Shown here piece by piece: positions 18,512-28,800 of a stretch of DNA of 64,000 bases; the first letter of the stretch is position 1; each line of letters begins with the position of its first letter. Under the pieces are notes generated by a model, which was not told the DNA's origin, did no database searches, and worked only from the letters and a program-made list of their open reading frames with translations. The stretch is taken from assembly GCA_031409275.1 (NCBI GenBank), contig JANNXA010000050.1, positions 1-64,000 of the forward strand, given 5' to 3'. Position numbers and translations under genes: made by a program. This DNA comes from Planctomycetota bacterium (lineage in GTDB: Bacteria; Planctomycetota; B15-G4; SIAN01).

Positions 18512-20896
18512 TCACCCGCCGCCAAGCGACTTCATGCGCGCTTCGAGGCGGCGGCACGTGGAACCGAGATCGGTCGGCAACACCTCGGCGGACGGGAGGC
18601 GCGCGAAAAGCAGCGCCGCCTCACGCTCGCGCCCGCCGTCGAGGAGCAACTCGACGAGCTGGACTTCGAGCGCGGTCCGCTCGGGTGCGTCTTCGGCCAG
18701 CGCCCCGCCGCCGAGACCGCCCTTGCCGAGCAGCAGCTCATGCAGTCGGGTCGCGTCGCGCGGCGCGTTCACGTCGCCGCGCCGCGTCGCCGCTCGCGTC
18801 TTCAAGAGCAGCGCGTCGAGCGGCATCGTCGCTTCGTCCGCTCCGCCGTCGAGCCAGCGATAGGCCGCTTCCCAATCGCCATCGGCGAAGAGGAGGCGCG
18901 CCACTCGCAACGACAGCGCCGCGCGCTCGGGCGCGGTCGCCAAGGTCGGCAGCAGCTCCTCCGCGTACAAAGCCGCGTCCGCCGAATGCTCGGTGAAGAT
19001 CGCTTCGGCGAGCTCGAGCAGCAGCCAGCGCGCCTCGATTCCGCGCGGAGCCCCCACCAACGCCTGGAGCACCACCCACTCGCACTGCTCGAAGCCGCTC
19101 TCGTACTTGCTTGGATCGCGCAGGCCGAGGACCGCTCGCGCGTACGCAAAGCGGATGGCGTGCTGCGGCTCCGCCTCGTCGTAGGTCTCGAGATCGCCGA
19201 GCAGCGGCGCGGCGAGGTAGTAGCCCCATGCCGCTTCGCCGCGCGCGAGGCACTGTTCCACCGCCGCGAGTTCGACCGCGAGTCGCGCGACTCCTTCGGG
19301 TGCTGAACGGAGCACGGCCAGCAGCGCGGCGTAGGCGGCCTTTCCGACCGCGGTGGGCTCCACCGATGGGCCGCCGCGCGGCAAGGCGCCGATGATGGCG
19401 GGCAACCCCGCCGGATCGCGAAGCTCCTTCAATCCATCGATCAACACCTCGCGGACCGGCGCGGACTCCGGTGCCGCGAGCAGGACATCCGAGATCACCT
19501 GCGCCGCCGTCTGCGCGCGGCCAGGAACGCGGCACAGGGCGCGGCAGCACGGCTCGGCGAGCACGCGACTCGTGATCGTCGACGGCAGCGCGCGTCGCAT
19601 CGCGTCGAAGATCTGGCCGAGATTCTCCTGGTCGACCGTCGCGCCGGCCGAGTCGGGCCCGAGACGCGCCGCCACCGCTTCGAGCAGCTGCGAAAGGCCG
19701 AGCGCCGCGGCGAAACGCACCTCGTCCGATTCCGCGTCGACGAGCGCCGGCGCCAACCGGTCGATCACACGGCGGGTCGTCTCCGGCGATGCGTCGCGGC
19801 GCGCCAGCTCGCTCGCGGCCGCGAACGCTCGCCCCCACGCCGCGGGAGCGAACGGCGGCGCCATGCACGCCTCGATCGCCGGCAACGCGCGCGCATCGGC
19901 GAGTGCGCGCAACGCATCGAGGACGACTTCGAGGTAGCCGATCGAGGATTGCGGCGTCCTCGAATCGAGCAGCGTCGCCGCGATGGCGCTCGCGGCATCG
20001 CCGCCGCCTCGCTGCGGCGGCAGCCGTCGCAGCGCCGGCAACAATGCCGTCCGACGCGCCTCGCTCGACTGCGCCACGAACTCCGCCGTCAACCGCTCCC
20101 CCACGCCGCTCCCTGGATCGAGCAGCACCGCCAGTTCGGCGACGCGGCGCAGTTCTTCCTGGTTGCTGGCGGTTGCGTCGCGTGCCAGCAGCGCCGGCAG
20201 ACGATTCGCGAGCCACCCGCTGACTCGCTCGAAGACTTCGCGGGGCACCGGCTCATTGCGCTGCGCGAACTCGATCAGGCGACCGAGCGTGACGCGACGC
20301 AGGAGCGCCTCCGGATGGTCGAGCGCAGCGACCAGCGCCTCCGGTGCGGCACGCAACAGCTGCGCTTCCTCGAGGTCGAGCCAGCGGCGGCGTGTCGCTT
20401 CATGGACCGCACGCAGGGCGGAGGCGAGCGACGCATCGACTGGCCCGCCGAGTTCGGCCTCGCGATCGAGCAGGACGAAGAGCGTCGCCGCCAACTGCGG
20501 ATCCGGCAACTGCGCCGCGACTTCCAGCACGAACCGGCGCGAGGAGGGCGTGGTCGCCGGATCGAGCAGCAGGCGATCGAGGAGCGCGACCGCTTCTCGA
20601 CGACCGCGCTCCGCGAAAGCCTTCGCAAGCGCGGGAACGAGCGTCGGTTCGCGGGCGGCGTCGCGCGGCTCGACCAGCAGCGACTCGAGGGCGGCCACCC
20701 GCTCGGCGAGCGGCAGCTGAAGATCGAGCGCCGGTGCCACGCGCCCGTCCGTGAAGACCGCGGCCGGCGGCGTCGAACTGTCATCGCGCGGAACCGCCAA
20801 TGGATTGGACTGGGCGGCAGACTGCCCCGACGCCACCGGAAGCAATGCCGGAGCGAGCAGGAGCGAGCGAACGAGGAAGTCGAGTGCGTGGCGCAA
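18512..20896 (-). CDS. Large exported all-helical (HEAT/TPR-like) protein of unknown function
   Basis: Signal-like LLLAPALLPVASG. HEAT-like segments (LVDAESDEVRFAAALGL). Proposed TTG start follows AGGGAAG. The track ORF to 23098 runs through the tRNA and is over-extended. Confidence 0.6.
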   Translation of the reverse strand: MRHALDFLVRSLLLAPALLPVASGQSAAQSNPLAVPRDDSSTPPAAVFTDGRVAPALDLQLPLAERVAALESLLVEPRDAAREPTLVPALAKAFAERGRREAVALLDRLLLDPATTPSSRRFVLEVAAQLPDPQLAATLFVLLDREAELGGPVDASLASALRAVHEATRRRWLDLEEAQLLRAAPEALVAALDHPEALLRRVTLGRLIEFAQRNEPVPREVFERVSGWLANRLPALLARDATASNQEELRRVAELAVLLDPGSGVGERLTAEFVAQSSEARRTALLPALRRLPPQRGGGDAASAIAATLLDSRTPQSSIGYLEVVLDALRALADARALPAIEACMAPPFAPAAWGRAFAAASELARRDASPETTRRVIDRLAPALVDAESDEVRFAAALGLSQLLEAVAARLGPDSAGATVDQENLGQIFDAMRRALPSTITSRVLAEPCCRALCRVPGRAQTAAQVISDVLLAAPESAPVREVLIDGLKELRDPAGLPAIIGALPRGGPSVEPTAVGKAAYAALLAVLRSAPEGVARLAVELAAVEQCLARGEAAWGYYLAAPLLGDLETYDEAEPQHAIRFAYARAVLGLRDPSKYESGFEQCEWVVLQALVGAPRGIEARWLLLELAEAIFTEHSADAALYAEELLPTLATAPERAALSLRVARLLFADGDWEAAYRWLDGGADEATMPLDALLLKTRAATRRGDVNAPRDATRLHELLLGKGGLGGGALAEDAPERTALEVQLVELLLDGGREREAALLFARLPSAEVLPTDLGSTCRRLEARMKSLGGG

Positions 20897-20952
20897 GGAC
20901 TTCCCTACGCGACTCGAGCGAGGTCGTTGGGCCGCGCGCACAGCGAGCGACT

Positions 20953-21030
20953 TGGTAGCCCCAACGGGATTCGAACCCGTGCTTGATGGCTGAGAACCAC
21001 CCGTCCTAGACCGGACTAGACTATGGGGCC
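20953..21030 (-). tRNA. tRNA-Glu (anticodon CTC)
   Basis: Acceptor stem GGCCCCA/TGGGGCT followed by A-CCA. Anticodon arm GGTGG-TTCTCAG-CCATC. T arm ACGGG-TTCGAAT-CCCGT. Confidence 0.97.
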
Positions 21031-21136
21031 ATTGCGCTCGTTCGGACTCTCCGTCAGACCGGCCGTTCCGCGCGCGCTGCAAGCGAGAAACCGTCGCTCT
21101 GAAAGAGGGCGGGGAAGATACTGGCGCCCCATCCCC

Positions 21137-23068
21137 ATGCCAAGCCCCCTCACCACGAAATGTGCGGCGCGTCGACGCCGATCCGCCGGCCGACTGTTCA
21201 CGGTCGTCGCCCTCGGCGGCGTGCTGCTGGCGCTCGGCGTCGCGACCGCGCTGGTGCTGCGGCGCACGCCTGGCGCGGCGACTCCACCCGCCACGCCACG
21301 CGCTGCGACGAGAGGAACCGCCACCCTCGCCTTGCAGACGCCGCTGCCCCTCGAAGCGCGGATCCGCGCCGCGGTGGCGCGACTGGCCGCGACGAAAACG
21401 GTGACCCTGCCGCTGATCGACGGAGACGATCTCCCGGTGACGGCGGCAACCGTCGCCGTCGCGTCGCGCTTCCTGACACGCGACCCCACCGGCGCGCTGC
21501 CTCCGGACGCCTCGACCGTCGAGGCCACCGTTTCTGCGGCCGGCGTGCTTTTGCGCGTCGCTGCGCGCTGGCCCGACCTCGAACTGCTGTCCGTCGGTGC
21601 GCGCGACGTCGCGGCACGGCAACTCCCGCCGCTCATCCTTCCGGACGGGGATGTCGAGCTCGACCCGCTGCGCCTCGTCGCGGGGGCGCGGTTGCGCGGC
21701 CGCCTGATCGGTCCAGAGCAGCGCCCGGTCAGCGGCGCGCGCGTCGTCCTCGTCCCGCTCGCGAGCGATGCACTCGCCCGTGCCGTCCACACCGCAGCGC
21801 CACTGGCCGAGACGACTAGCAACGACCGCGGCGAGTTCGAGTTCCCGCAAGTCGGGCCAAGCGTCGTGCGGCTTGAAGTCGAGTCCTCGGAGGGGAGCGC
21901 CAACGGCGGCGTGCCCGAAGTGACGCCCGGGCCCGCGCCGGCCACGATCGAGCTGGCCAGTCGCGCGGCGGCGATGTCGGGAGTGGTCGTCGACTCGGCA
22001 GGCGCGCCGATCCCGGGAGCCACGCTCGTCGCCAACAATGTCTCGCTGCGGCGTCCAAGCAGTCAGGCGGCGGTGAGCGACGCCGATGGCGGCTTCACCT
22101 TTGATCGACTGGCCGCCGGCTACTACACCGTCGACGCCGAGGCGCCGGGCTTTGCGCGCGCGCAGATCCGGCGCGCCCACTCCGGCACGGTGGGAGTCAC
22201 GGTCACCCTGATTCCGTTGGCGATGGCCCAACTCGAGATCGTCGGCGCGCCGCGCGACCTCGCGATTCCGGTGCTGTGGCAGACGCTCGCTCCCGACGGC
22301 AAGTGGCGCCGCCCCACCAGCCGCCTCCTGTTCGGCGAACTGCGCGACGGCAAGCTGCGGTTGCGCGACGTCCCGATCGGGCGCCACTCGCTCGAAGTAC
22401 GAATTCCTGGCGCAGCACCCTTCGAGTGCGCGGCCGTCGAATTCGCGCCCGGGTCGACGACCGAGCTCGGCAGCTTCACACTCGAGGCCGGCGCGACGCT
22501 GATCGCGCGGGTCACGGGCCCCGACGGCCAGCCGCGGCGCGCCCGCGCGACACTGGCCGCTCGCTACCAGGCGGGCCGCATGGCTGCGCGCGACCTCTTC
22601 GCGCTCGACGATCGTGAGGAGCGGTCGCTTCGCGCCGACGGCTCGCTGCAGTGGGAGGCGCTGCCCGCGGGCACTCGCACGCTCGCGCTGCGTGCCGCAG
22701 GCTGCGCCGATCGCAACCTCGTGGTCGAGCTGCCCGCGAGCGGCCTCCTCGACCTCGGAACGATCGCGCTCGACGGTGCCGGCGCCATCGAAGGGGTCGT
22801 GCGCCGAATGAACGGCGTTCCCCTTGGCGATGCGGCGGTGCAAGCGGAACAGGTCGGTGGTGTGCTCCGTGAAGCGCTCACCGGAGCCGATGGCCGCTAC
22901 CGCTTCGACCGTCTGCCGGCCGGCCGCTACGAAGTGAGGCTGCTGCCGATCGACGACCTCCTGCCCACCCGCCTCGATCCGAGCGCGCCGCCGCGCGAAC
23001 CGCAGTCGGCGCGGCTCGACGTCGCGCCGGGCGACGTGACGCGGCGCGACTTCACGCTCGATCCTTGA
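21137..23068 (+). CDS. Membrane-anchored carboxypeptidase-regulatory-like (prealbumin-fold) repeat protein
   Basis: One N-terminal TM helix. Repeats such as GVVVDSAGAPIPGATL...SDADGGFTFDRLAAGYY and TGADGRYRFDRLPAGRY. Confidence 0.8.
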   Translation: MPSPLTTKCAARRRRSAGRLFTVVALGGVLLALGVATALVLRRTPGAATPPATPRAATRGTATLALQTPLPLEARIRAAVARLAATKTVTLPLIDGDDLPVTAATVAVASRFLTRDPTGALPPDASTVEATVSAAGVLLRVAARWPDLELLSVGARDVAARQLPPLILPDGDVELDPLRLVAGARLRGRLIGPEQRPVSGARVVLVPLASDALARAVHTAAPLAETTSNDRGEFEFPQVGPSVVRLEVESSEGSANGGVPEVTPGPAPATIELASRAAAMSGVVVDSAGAPIPGATLVANNVSLRRPSSQAAVSDADGGFTFDRLAAGYYTVDAEAPGFARAQIRRAHSGTVGVTVTLIPLAMAQLEIVGAPRDLAIPVLWQTLAPDGKWRRPTSRLLFGELRDGKLRLRDVPIGRHSLEVRIPGAAPFECAAVEFAPGSTTELGSFTLEAGATLIARVTGPDGQPRRARATLAARYQAGRMAARDLFALDDREERSLRADGSLQWEALPAGTRTLALRAAGCADRNLVVELPASGLLDLGTIALDGAGAIEGVVRRMNGVPLGDAAVQAEQVGGVLREALTGADGRYRFDRLPAGRYEVRLLPIDDLLPTRLDPSAPPREPQSARLDVAPGDVTRRDFTLDP

Positions 23069-23122
23069 GGCGCACCGTCCGTCGCTGTGCGCCATCACGA
23101 CGCGCCACGGATCAGCCGCCGA

Positions 23123-25630
23123 TCAGCCGCCGATCAGCAACTCCGCGCCGTTGCTGAGCGCGAGCTTCTTCTGCGCCGCAGGGTCGGCGACCAACACTTG
23201 GAAGTCGACCAGCACGCCGACGATCGCCGGGTCGTCCGGAATCGTGTCGGTGAGGTCCAGCGTGCCGGCGCCGCCGACGCCAGCCGCGCCACCCAGGACG
23301 AGGTTCACCAGGATCCACGGGGTCGCCACCAACAGATCGCCGCCCGCAAACGGAATGGTGGCGCGGGCGAAGCCGGTGATGAGGAGCGCCGGCGCACCGC
23401 CGAGCCCGTTGCGGATCTCGAGGGTCACGTCCTCGTTGAGGTACCACGAGCCGGAGAGCGTCGCGCTCGGCACGAAGCCGCCGGTGCCAGCGGTGCCGAC
23501 GCCGTAGGTTGTGAAGCTGCCGTCCACCCGATCGAGATCGAAGACGTAGGCCGCGCCCGCGCCGGCCGCGCTGTTGTCCGCCTCGTTGCCGTCGACGTTG
23601 ATGGCGGAGCTGTCCTCCTGGCACGCCCCGATCACCGCGGTGTCGCCGGAGATGCCGACGGCCAGGCCGAAGTTGTCGCCGGCGCCGGTATTCGAGGCTT
23701 TCGCGTACGCGAGCTGGCTCCAGGTGACTCCGGTGCGCGCGAAGAAGTAGGCGGCACCGGCGTCGCCCGAGCTGTTGTTGCCCTGATTGCCGTCGATCCC
23801 GGTCGCTTTGCTGTCTTCGCCGTACGCCCCGACCACGAGCCGATCGCCCGAGACGGAGACGGTCGCGCCGAAGATGTCGTCTTTGCCGCTGTTCGAGGCC
23901 TTCAGATACGCCTGCTGGCTCCACGTCGCCGCGCTGCGCACGAAGACGTAGGCCGCGCCCGCGGAGCGCAGGCTGTTGTCCGACTGGTTGCCGTTCACCC
24001 CCGTCGCCTTGCTGTCTTCGGCGAACGCCCCCACCACCGCGGTATCACCGTCGAGCGCCAGCACTGCGCCGAAGGAGTCGTTGCTGTCGGTGTTCGAGGC
24101 CTTCACGTAGGCCTCCTGGCTCCAGGTCGAGCCGCTGCGCGTGAAGACGTAGGCGGCGCCCGAGAAGGGCGCGCTGTTGTCCGCCTGGTTGCCGCCGACG
24201 CCAGTCGCGCCGCTGCTCTCGAGCGATGCGCCCACCAGCAGCGATTCACCCGACAACGCGGCCGCGGCTCCGAACGAATCGCCTGACTCGGCGTTCGACG
24301 CCTTGAGGTACTCCTGCTGCGTCCAGGTCGAGCCGCTGCGAACGAAGACGTAAGCCGCGCCCGCTCCGGCCGCGCTGTTGTCGGCCTGGTTGCCGCCGAT
24401 GCCCGTCGCGTTGCTGCTCTCGCCGATCGCCCCGACCGCGACGGTGTCACCCGCGATCGCGACCGCGACGCCGAAGGAGTCGAACGCCTCGCTGTTGGAG
24501 GCCTTCAAGTAGGCCTGTTGCGTCCAGGTCGAGCCCGTGCGGACGAAGACGTAAGCCGCTCCAGCGCTTTGCGCGCTGTTGTCGCTGCCGTCGCCATCGA
24601 CACCGGTGGCGTTGCTCGCCTCCCCGTTGGCGCCGACCACGATCGTGTCGCCCGAGATGGCGACCGAGACCCCGAAGAAGTCGCTGCTCCCCGCGTTCGA
24701 CGCTTTCAGGTAGGCCTGCGCGCTCCAGGTCGTTCCGTTGCGAACGAAGACGTAGGCGGCCCCAGCTTCGGGCGCGCTGTCGTCCGACTCGGGATCGGGC
24801 AAGGCGCCGTCGCTGTCCTCGCCGGTGGCGCCGATGACGACGGTGTCGCCGTCGATCGCGACCGCACCACCGAGGAGGTCGCCGGCACCGGTATTCGAGG
24901 CCTTGAGGTAGGCCTGCTGCACGACCGGGTCGATCGTGATCGGATAGGTGGCCGCGCGATCGTCGACCGCCAGCCGCAAGCGGCCCGCCTCGGCGCGCCA
25001 CGCGGCGGCGAGCGGGAGTCCCGTCGCGTCGAAGACCGCGAGCCCGGCGTAGCGCAGCACCGTCGTGCCATCGCCAGCGAGCAGCGCGACCTCGCGGCCG
25101 GCTGCCGCCACGTCCGGCCGCAGATCGCCGCGAATCGCCAGTTCGAGTTCGAGCAGGCCGACCGCGGCGTCGGCGCGGTCGCGCACCGTGTAGCCATGTT
25201 CAAGGCCACTCGGGCCGTTGACGTACCACTCCTCGAGTCGTTCATCCCACTCATAGGTGAGGCGCTCCCCCACCGCCGTGACCGCACGAGGAAGGGTGAC
25301 GGCGCAGTTCGCGCCCAACCAGCCATAGCGTGCGAGTTCGAGACCGAACGTGTGGTCGCCCGAGTCGAGCGACGTCGTGAAGCCGCAACCGTCAAAGCGC
25401 GTCGTGTATTGCTGCTCACGACTGCGCGCGAGGTAGCCCTCCTCCGCGGCGACGACCGCTCGAGCCGCGGTCGCGTGCGCCGCGGCGATCGCCGCGCGGT
25501 CGGCAGCCGAGAGCGGCGCGACCGCCGCAGAATCGCCAGGTCGCTCGCCAGGTAGCGGAGACGCGAACGCTGACGCGGCGAACAGGGGAGCGAGGCACCA
25601 GGAGGCGAGGTTCAACTGCACGGTCCGCAT
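23123..25630 (-). CDS. Secreted FG-GAP (integrin-alpha-like) repeat protein
   Basis: Signal peptide. About 7 repeats of YLKASN...FG..VAISGDT.VVGA..E.S.ATGV.G...DNS...AGAAYVF. Gly-rich C-terminal domain. Confidence 0.9.
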   Translation of the reverse strand: MRTVQLNLASWCLAPLFAASAFASPLPGERPGDSAAVAPLSAADRAAIAAAHATAARAVVAAEEGYLARSREQQYTTRFDGCGFTTSLDSGDHTFGLELARYGWLGANCAVTLPRAVTAVGERLTYEWDERLEEWYVNGPSGLEHGYTVRDRADAAVGLLELELAIRGDLRPDVAAAGREVALLAGDGTTVLRYAGLAVFDATGLPLAAAWRAEAGRLRLAVDDRAATYPITIDPVVQQAYLKASNTGAGDLLGGAVAIDGDTVVIGATGEDSDGALPDPESDDSAPEAGAAYVFVRNGTTWSAQAYLKASNAGSSDFFGVSVAISGDTIVVGANGEASNATGVDGDGSDNSAQSAGAAYVFVRTGSTWTQQAYLKASNSEAFDSFGVAVAIAGDTVAVGAIGESSNATGIGGNQADNSAAGAGAAYVFVRSGSTWTQQEYLKASNAESGDSFGAAAALSGESLLVGASLESSGATGVGGNQADNSAPFSGAAYVFTRSGSTWSQEAYVKASNTDSNDSFGAVLALDGDTAVVGAFAEDSKATGVNGNQSDNSLRSAGAAYVFVRSAATWSQQAYLKASNSGKDDIFGATVSVSGDRLVVGAYGEDSKATGIDGNQGNNSSGDAGAAYFFARTGVTWSQLAYAKASNTGAGDNFGLAVGISGDTAVIGACQEDSSAINVDGNEADNSAAGAGAAYVFDLDRVDGSFTTYGVGTAGTGGFVPSATLSGSWYLNEDVTLEIRNGLGGAPALLITGFARATIPFAGGDLLVATPWILVNLVLGGAAGVGGAGTLDLTDTIPDDPAIVGVLVDFQVLVADPAAQKKLALSNGAELLIGG

Positions 25631-25748
25631 GGCGATTCTCCGCGGGCACGGAGAGAGCGTTCGGCAACGGGCGGAATCGTAGGCGCGGCGCAGCGTCCTC
25701 GGGAGACTTCACCTGTCACAACCAGGAGCGACGCGGGCGGCACATCCG

Positions 25749-25801
25749 GAAACGAAAGCGCCCGGAGCAGACGAATGGTCCACCCCGGGCGCTTGCGTTT
25801 C
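25749..25801 (-). terminator. Probable intrinsic terminator of the glyA-gcvT fusion gene
   Basis: AAGCGCCCGG/CCGGGCGCTT stem followed by a T-rich tract on the minus strand, about 30 bp after the stop at 25831. Confidence 0.6.
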
Positions 25802-25830
25802 GATCGAGCGCCGCCGTTGCGGCGCGTCGC

Positions 25831-28800
25831 TCACTTCGTGTAACTGCGCTTGCCCTTCTCCGCGTTGCCGAGGAAGCGCGTGGTGATCTCGGCGGGCACT
25901 GGCAGCAGCACCTTGTCGCCGCTCTTCAGCGCGTCCTTGGCCGGCTCGGGCGGCAGCTTCTTGTGGTCGCGCGGGAGCTGGAAGATGCCGATGCGGTCAC
26001 CCTTCTTGAGCGCGTCCTTGCTGCACCAGACCAGCACGATCTGATCGACACCGGCGTAGACCGCGGAAGTCACCTTGCCGAGGTAGGTGCCGCGCGCATC
26101 GACCACCGCATCGCCCGGCTTGACTGCGCGCGCCGCCGGATCGGTGATGCGCGCCCGGAAGATCTTGTGGGTGCGCGCCGCCTCGCGCTGCAGCAACGCC
26201 TCGCGGCCGATGAAGAACGGTTTGTGGAACTTGACGAAGCTCGGGTAGCCGGCGCCGTGCGGCCCGATGTCGAACTCGCCGGCGAGCTCGTGTCCGTACA
26301 GCGGGAAGCCCGCTTCGGTGCGCGTCGAGTCGCGCGAGCCGAGCGCAGTCGCCATCACGCCGCGCGACCTGCCGGCGGCGAGGATCGCCTCCCAGTGCTT
26401 CACGAGGCGATCGGGATGGAGGTAGAGCTCGAAGCCGATCTCCTCGCCGGTGTAGCCGGTGCGAGCGGCCAGCACGTGATCGCCCCCCATGCGAATCTCG
26501 CAGAGACCGAAGCGCTTCAGGTGGGAGAGCGCGAAGCGGCTGGCATCGTCGTCGCAGAGATCGCGCAACGTCGGCAGCGAGGCCGGCCCCTGGAACGCGA
26601 TGTCGACCCGCATCTGATCGCCCGCCGCCGCGCGATCCTTCAGGTTGATCAGCTCGACGTCGACGTCGCAGCGGACCGACGGTCGCGCCGCGTCGAGCGC
26701 ATAGCGGCCGGCCAGCACTCCACGCCACCACGCCTCGACTTTCGGCGCGTTGCTGGCGTTGACGATCACGAGGAAGCGTTCCGCCGTGCGGCGGTAGACG
26801 ATGAGGTCATCGAGCACATGGCCGTCGGGCGCCAGCGTGTAGCTGTACTGCCCCTCGCCATCCTTCAGCTTGCCGACGTAGTTCGTCGTGACGAGGTCGA
26901 GAAAGCGGCCGGCACCGGCGCCACGCACCTCGTAGCAGCCCATGTGGCTCACGTCGAAAAGGCCGGCGGCGGTGCGCACCGCGCGATGCTCTTCGAGGAT
27001 CGAGCTGTAGTGGGTCGGCATCTCCCAGCCGGCGAAGTCGACGATGCGCGACTTCTTGGCCAGAGCGAAGTGCCAGTCGTAGAGCGCGGTGCGCTGCAGG
27101 CCGCCGCCCGTGGGAGCGGTGAACGCCTCTTTCTGCGCCGCGAAGCCGTCCGCCCCGATCAGCGCCTGCTGGCCGATGAAGTAGGGCTTCTGCGCGTCCT
27201 TCGGCAGCGCTGCGGGAATCGCGCCCACTTTCGGCGCTCCGCGCTTCTCGCGCCAGGCGAGGTAGGCGCGCTCGCTGACCGGTTTGGCGACCGTGGCGAG
27301 CTTCTTCGCCAGCTCGTTGGCGAACGCCACCTCGGCGACGATCTCGTAGACCGTCGCGCCGCCGACCACGTGCGCCACGATGGCGGCCACGTCGTTCTCG
27401 CCGCCCGTCTTGAGGCGCGCGATCGTGCCGGGCACGACGTTCGTCGGCAGGCCCGCGGCCGCCAGAGCCGCCGTCGCCTTCGGCCCGGCGACGGTCAACA
27501 CGACCGCCGCGCGCGCGTGCGACGCCACGCCGTGATCCTCGACCACGATCGGACCATCGATCTTGCGCATCAGGTCGGCATCGAAGCCGACGACGCCATC
27601 CGAGAGGTCGCGCAGCCACTGCACCAGATCGAGCCCCGACTCGCTGTCGCCGGTCAGCAGCCACTGCTCGAAGCCGCGCCGCTCCTTGCCCAGTCGCGCC
27701 ACCCGGAACTCGCCGATCAGGCGCCCCTCGGCATCGAGCGCTCGCGCGACCTCGGAGCCGTCGACGCGCAGCCGCAGCAGGTCGCCGCTCAACGCGAGCT
27801 GCAACGCTTCAGCCGAACGCTCGCCGGTCACGACGATCGCCGGTGCACGCGTCGTGTCGACGAGCGCGGCGCCGCTGTCGAGCGCGCTCGCATCGTCGGC
27901 GCCATTCGCCAGCGCCGCCACCTTCACGCGCGCGACTCCCGCCGGCCCGTCGGGCTCGTAGTGCGGGTAGCTGAAGGCGCCGAACTGCGCCCCTTCGCGT
28001 CGCTCGATCATCTTCTTCACGCGCCGCTGCGCATCGCGCATCACGGAAGCCGGCAGGCGCACGCGACCGATCAGACCGGCCGCGGCATGCACCTGGAACG
28101 GTTTCATCGACGTGAGCGTGTCGACCACCGTCGCGGCGATCTCGCCCATGTCGTCGACGTCCATCCCGCGCTGCGAGACCCAGCAGGTACCAAAGCGCAG
28201 CCCGCTCGGGTGCAGCGGACGCGTGTCGCCGTGGATCGAGTTCTTGTTGCAGGTGATGCCGACGAGGTCGAGCACGCGCGCCGCAACGTCCGCCGCGACC
28301 GCCTCGCCGCTCGCCGCGACCAACGTGCGCAGGTCGACGCAGCAGAGATGGGTGTCGGTGCCACCGTAGGCCAGCGTGAGGCCGCCCTTCGCAAAACCCG
28401 CCGCCAGCGCGGCCGCGTTCTCGCGCACCCGCTTCATCAGGCGCTTGAAGTCGTCGCCTTGCGCGAGCTGGAACGCGACCGCCTTGCCGGCGATCGCGTT
28501 GATGTGCGGCCCGCCCTGCTCGCCCGGGAAAACGGCGAGGTCGATCTTGCGCGCGAGGTCGCCGTCGGTGCTGAGGATCACCGCGCCGCGCGGACCGCAC
28601 AGGGTCTTGTGGGTCGTGAAGGAGACGACGTGCGCATGGTCGATCGGATTGGGGAACTCGCCGGCGGCGACGAGGCCGGCCGGATGGGCGATGTCGGCCA
28701 GCAAGTAGGCGCCGACTTCGTCTGCGATCGCGCGAAAGCGCGCCCAATCGATCGTCCACGGGTAGGCGGAGTAGCCGGCGATGATGAGCCGCGGCTTCTC

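Noticed and set aside
20953..21030. tRNA-Glu as an integration site
   Set aside because: No duplicated tRNA 3' end and no integrase were noticed in the window.
18512..23098. 1528-aa track ORF
   Set aside because: The upstream part is antisense to the 21137..23068 gene and crosses the tRNA. The real gene probably starts near 20896.
23530..24920. DNA tandem repeats as a non-coding array (also 32450..34700)
   Set aside because: They are the coding repeats of FG-GAP proteins.
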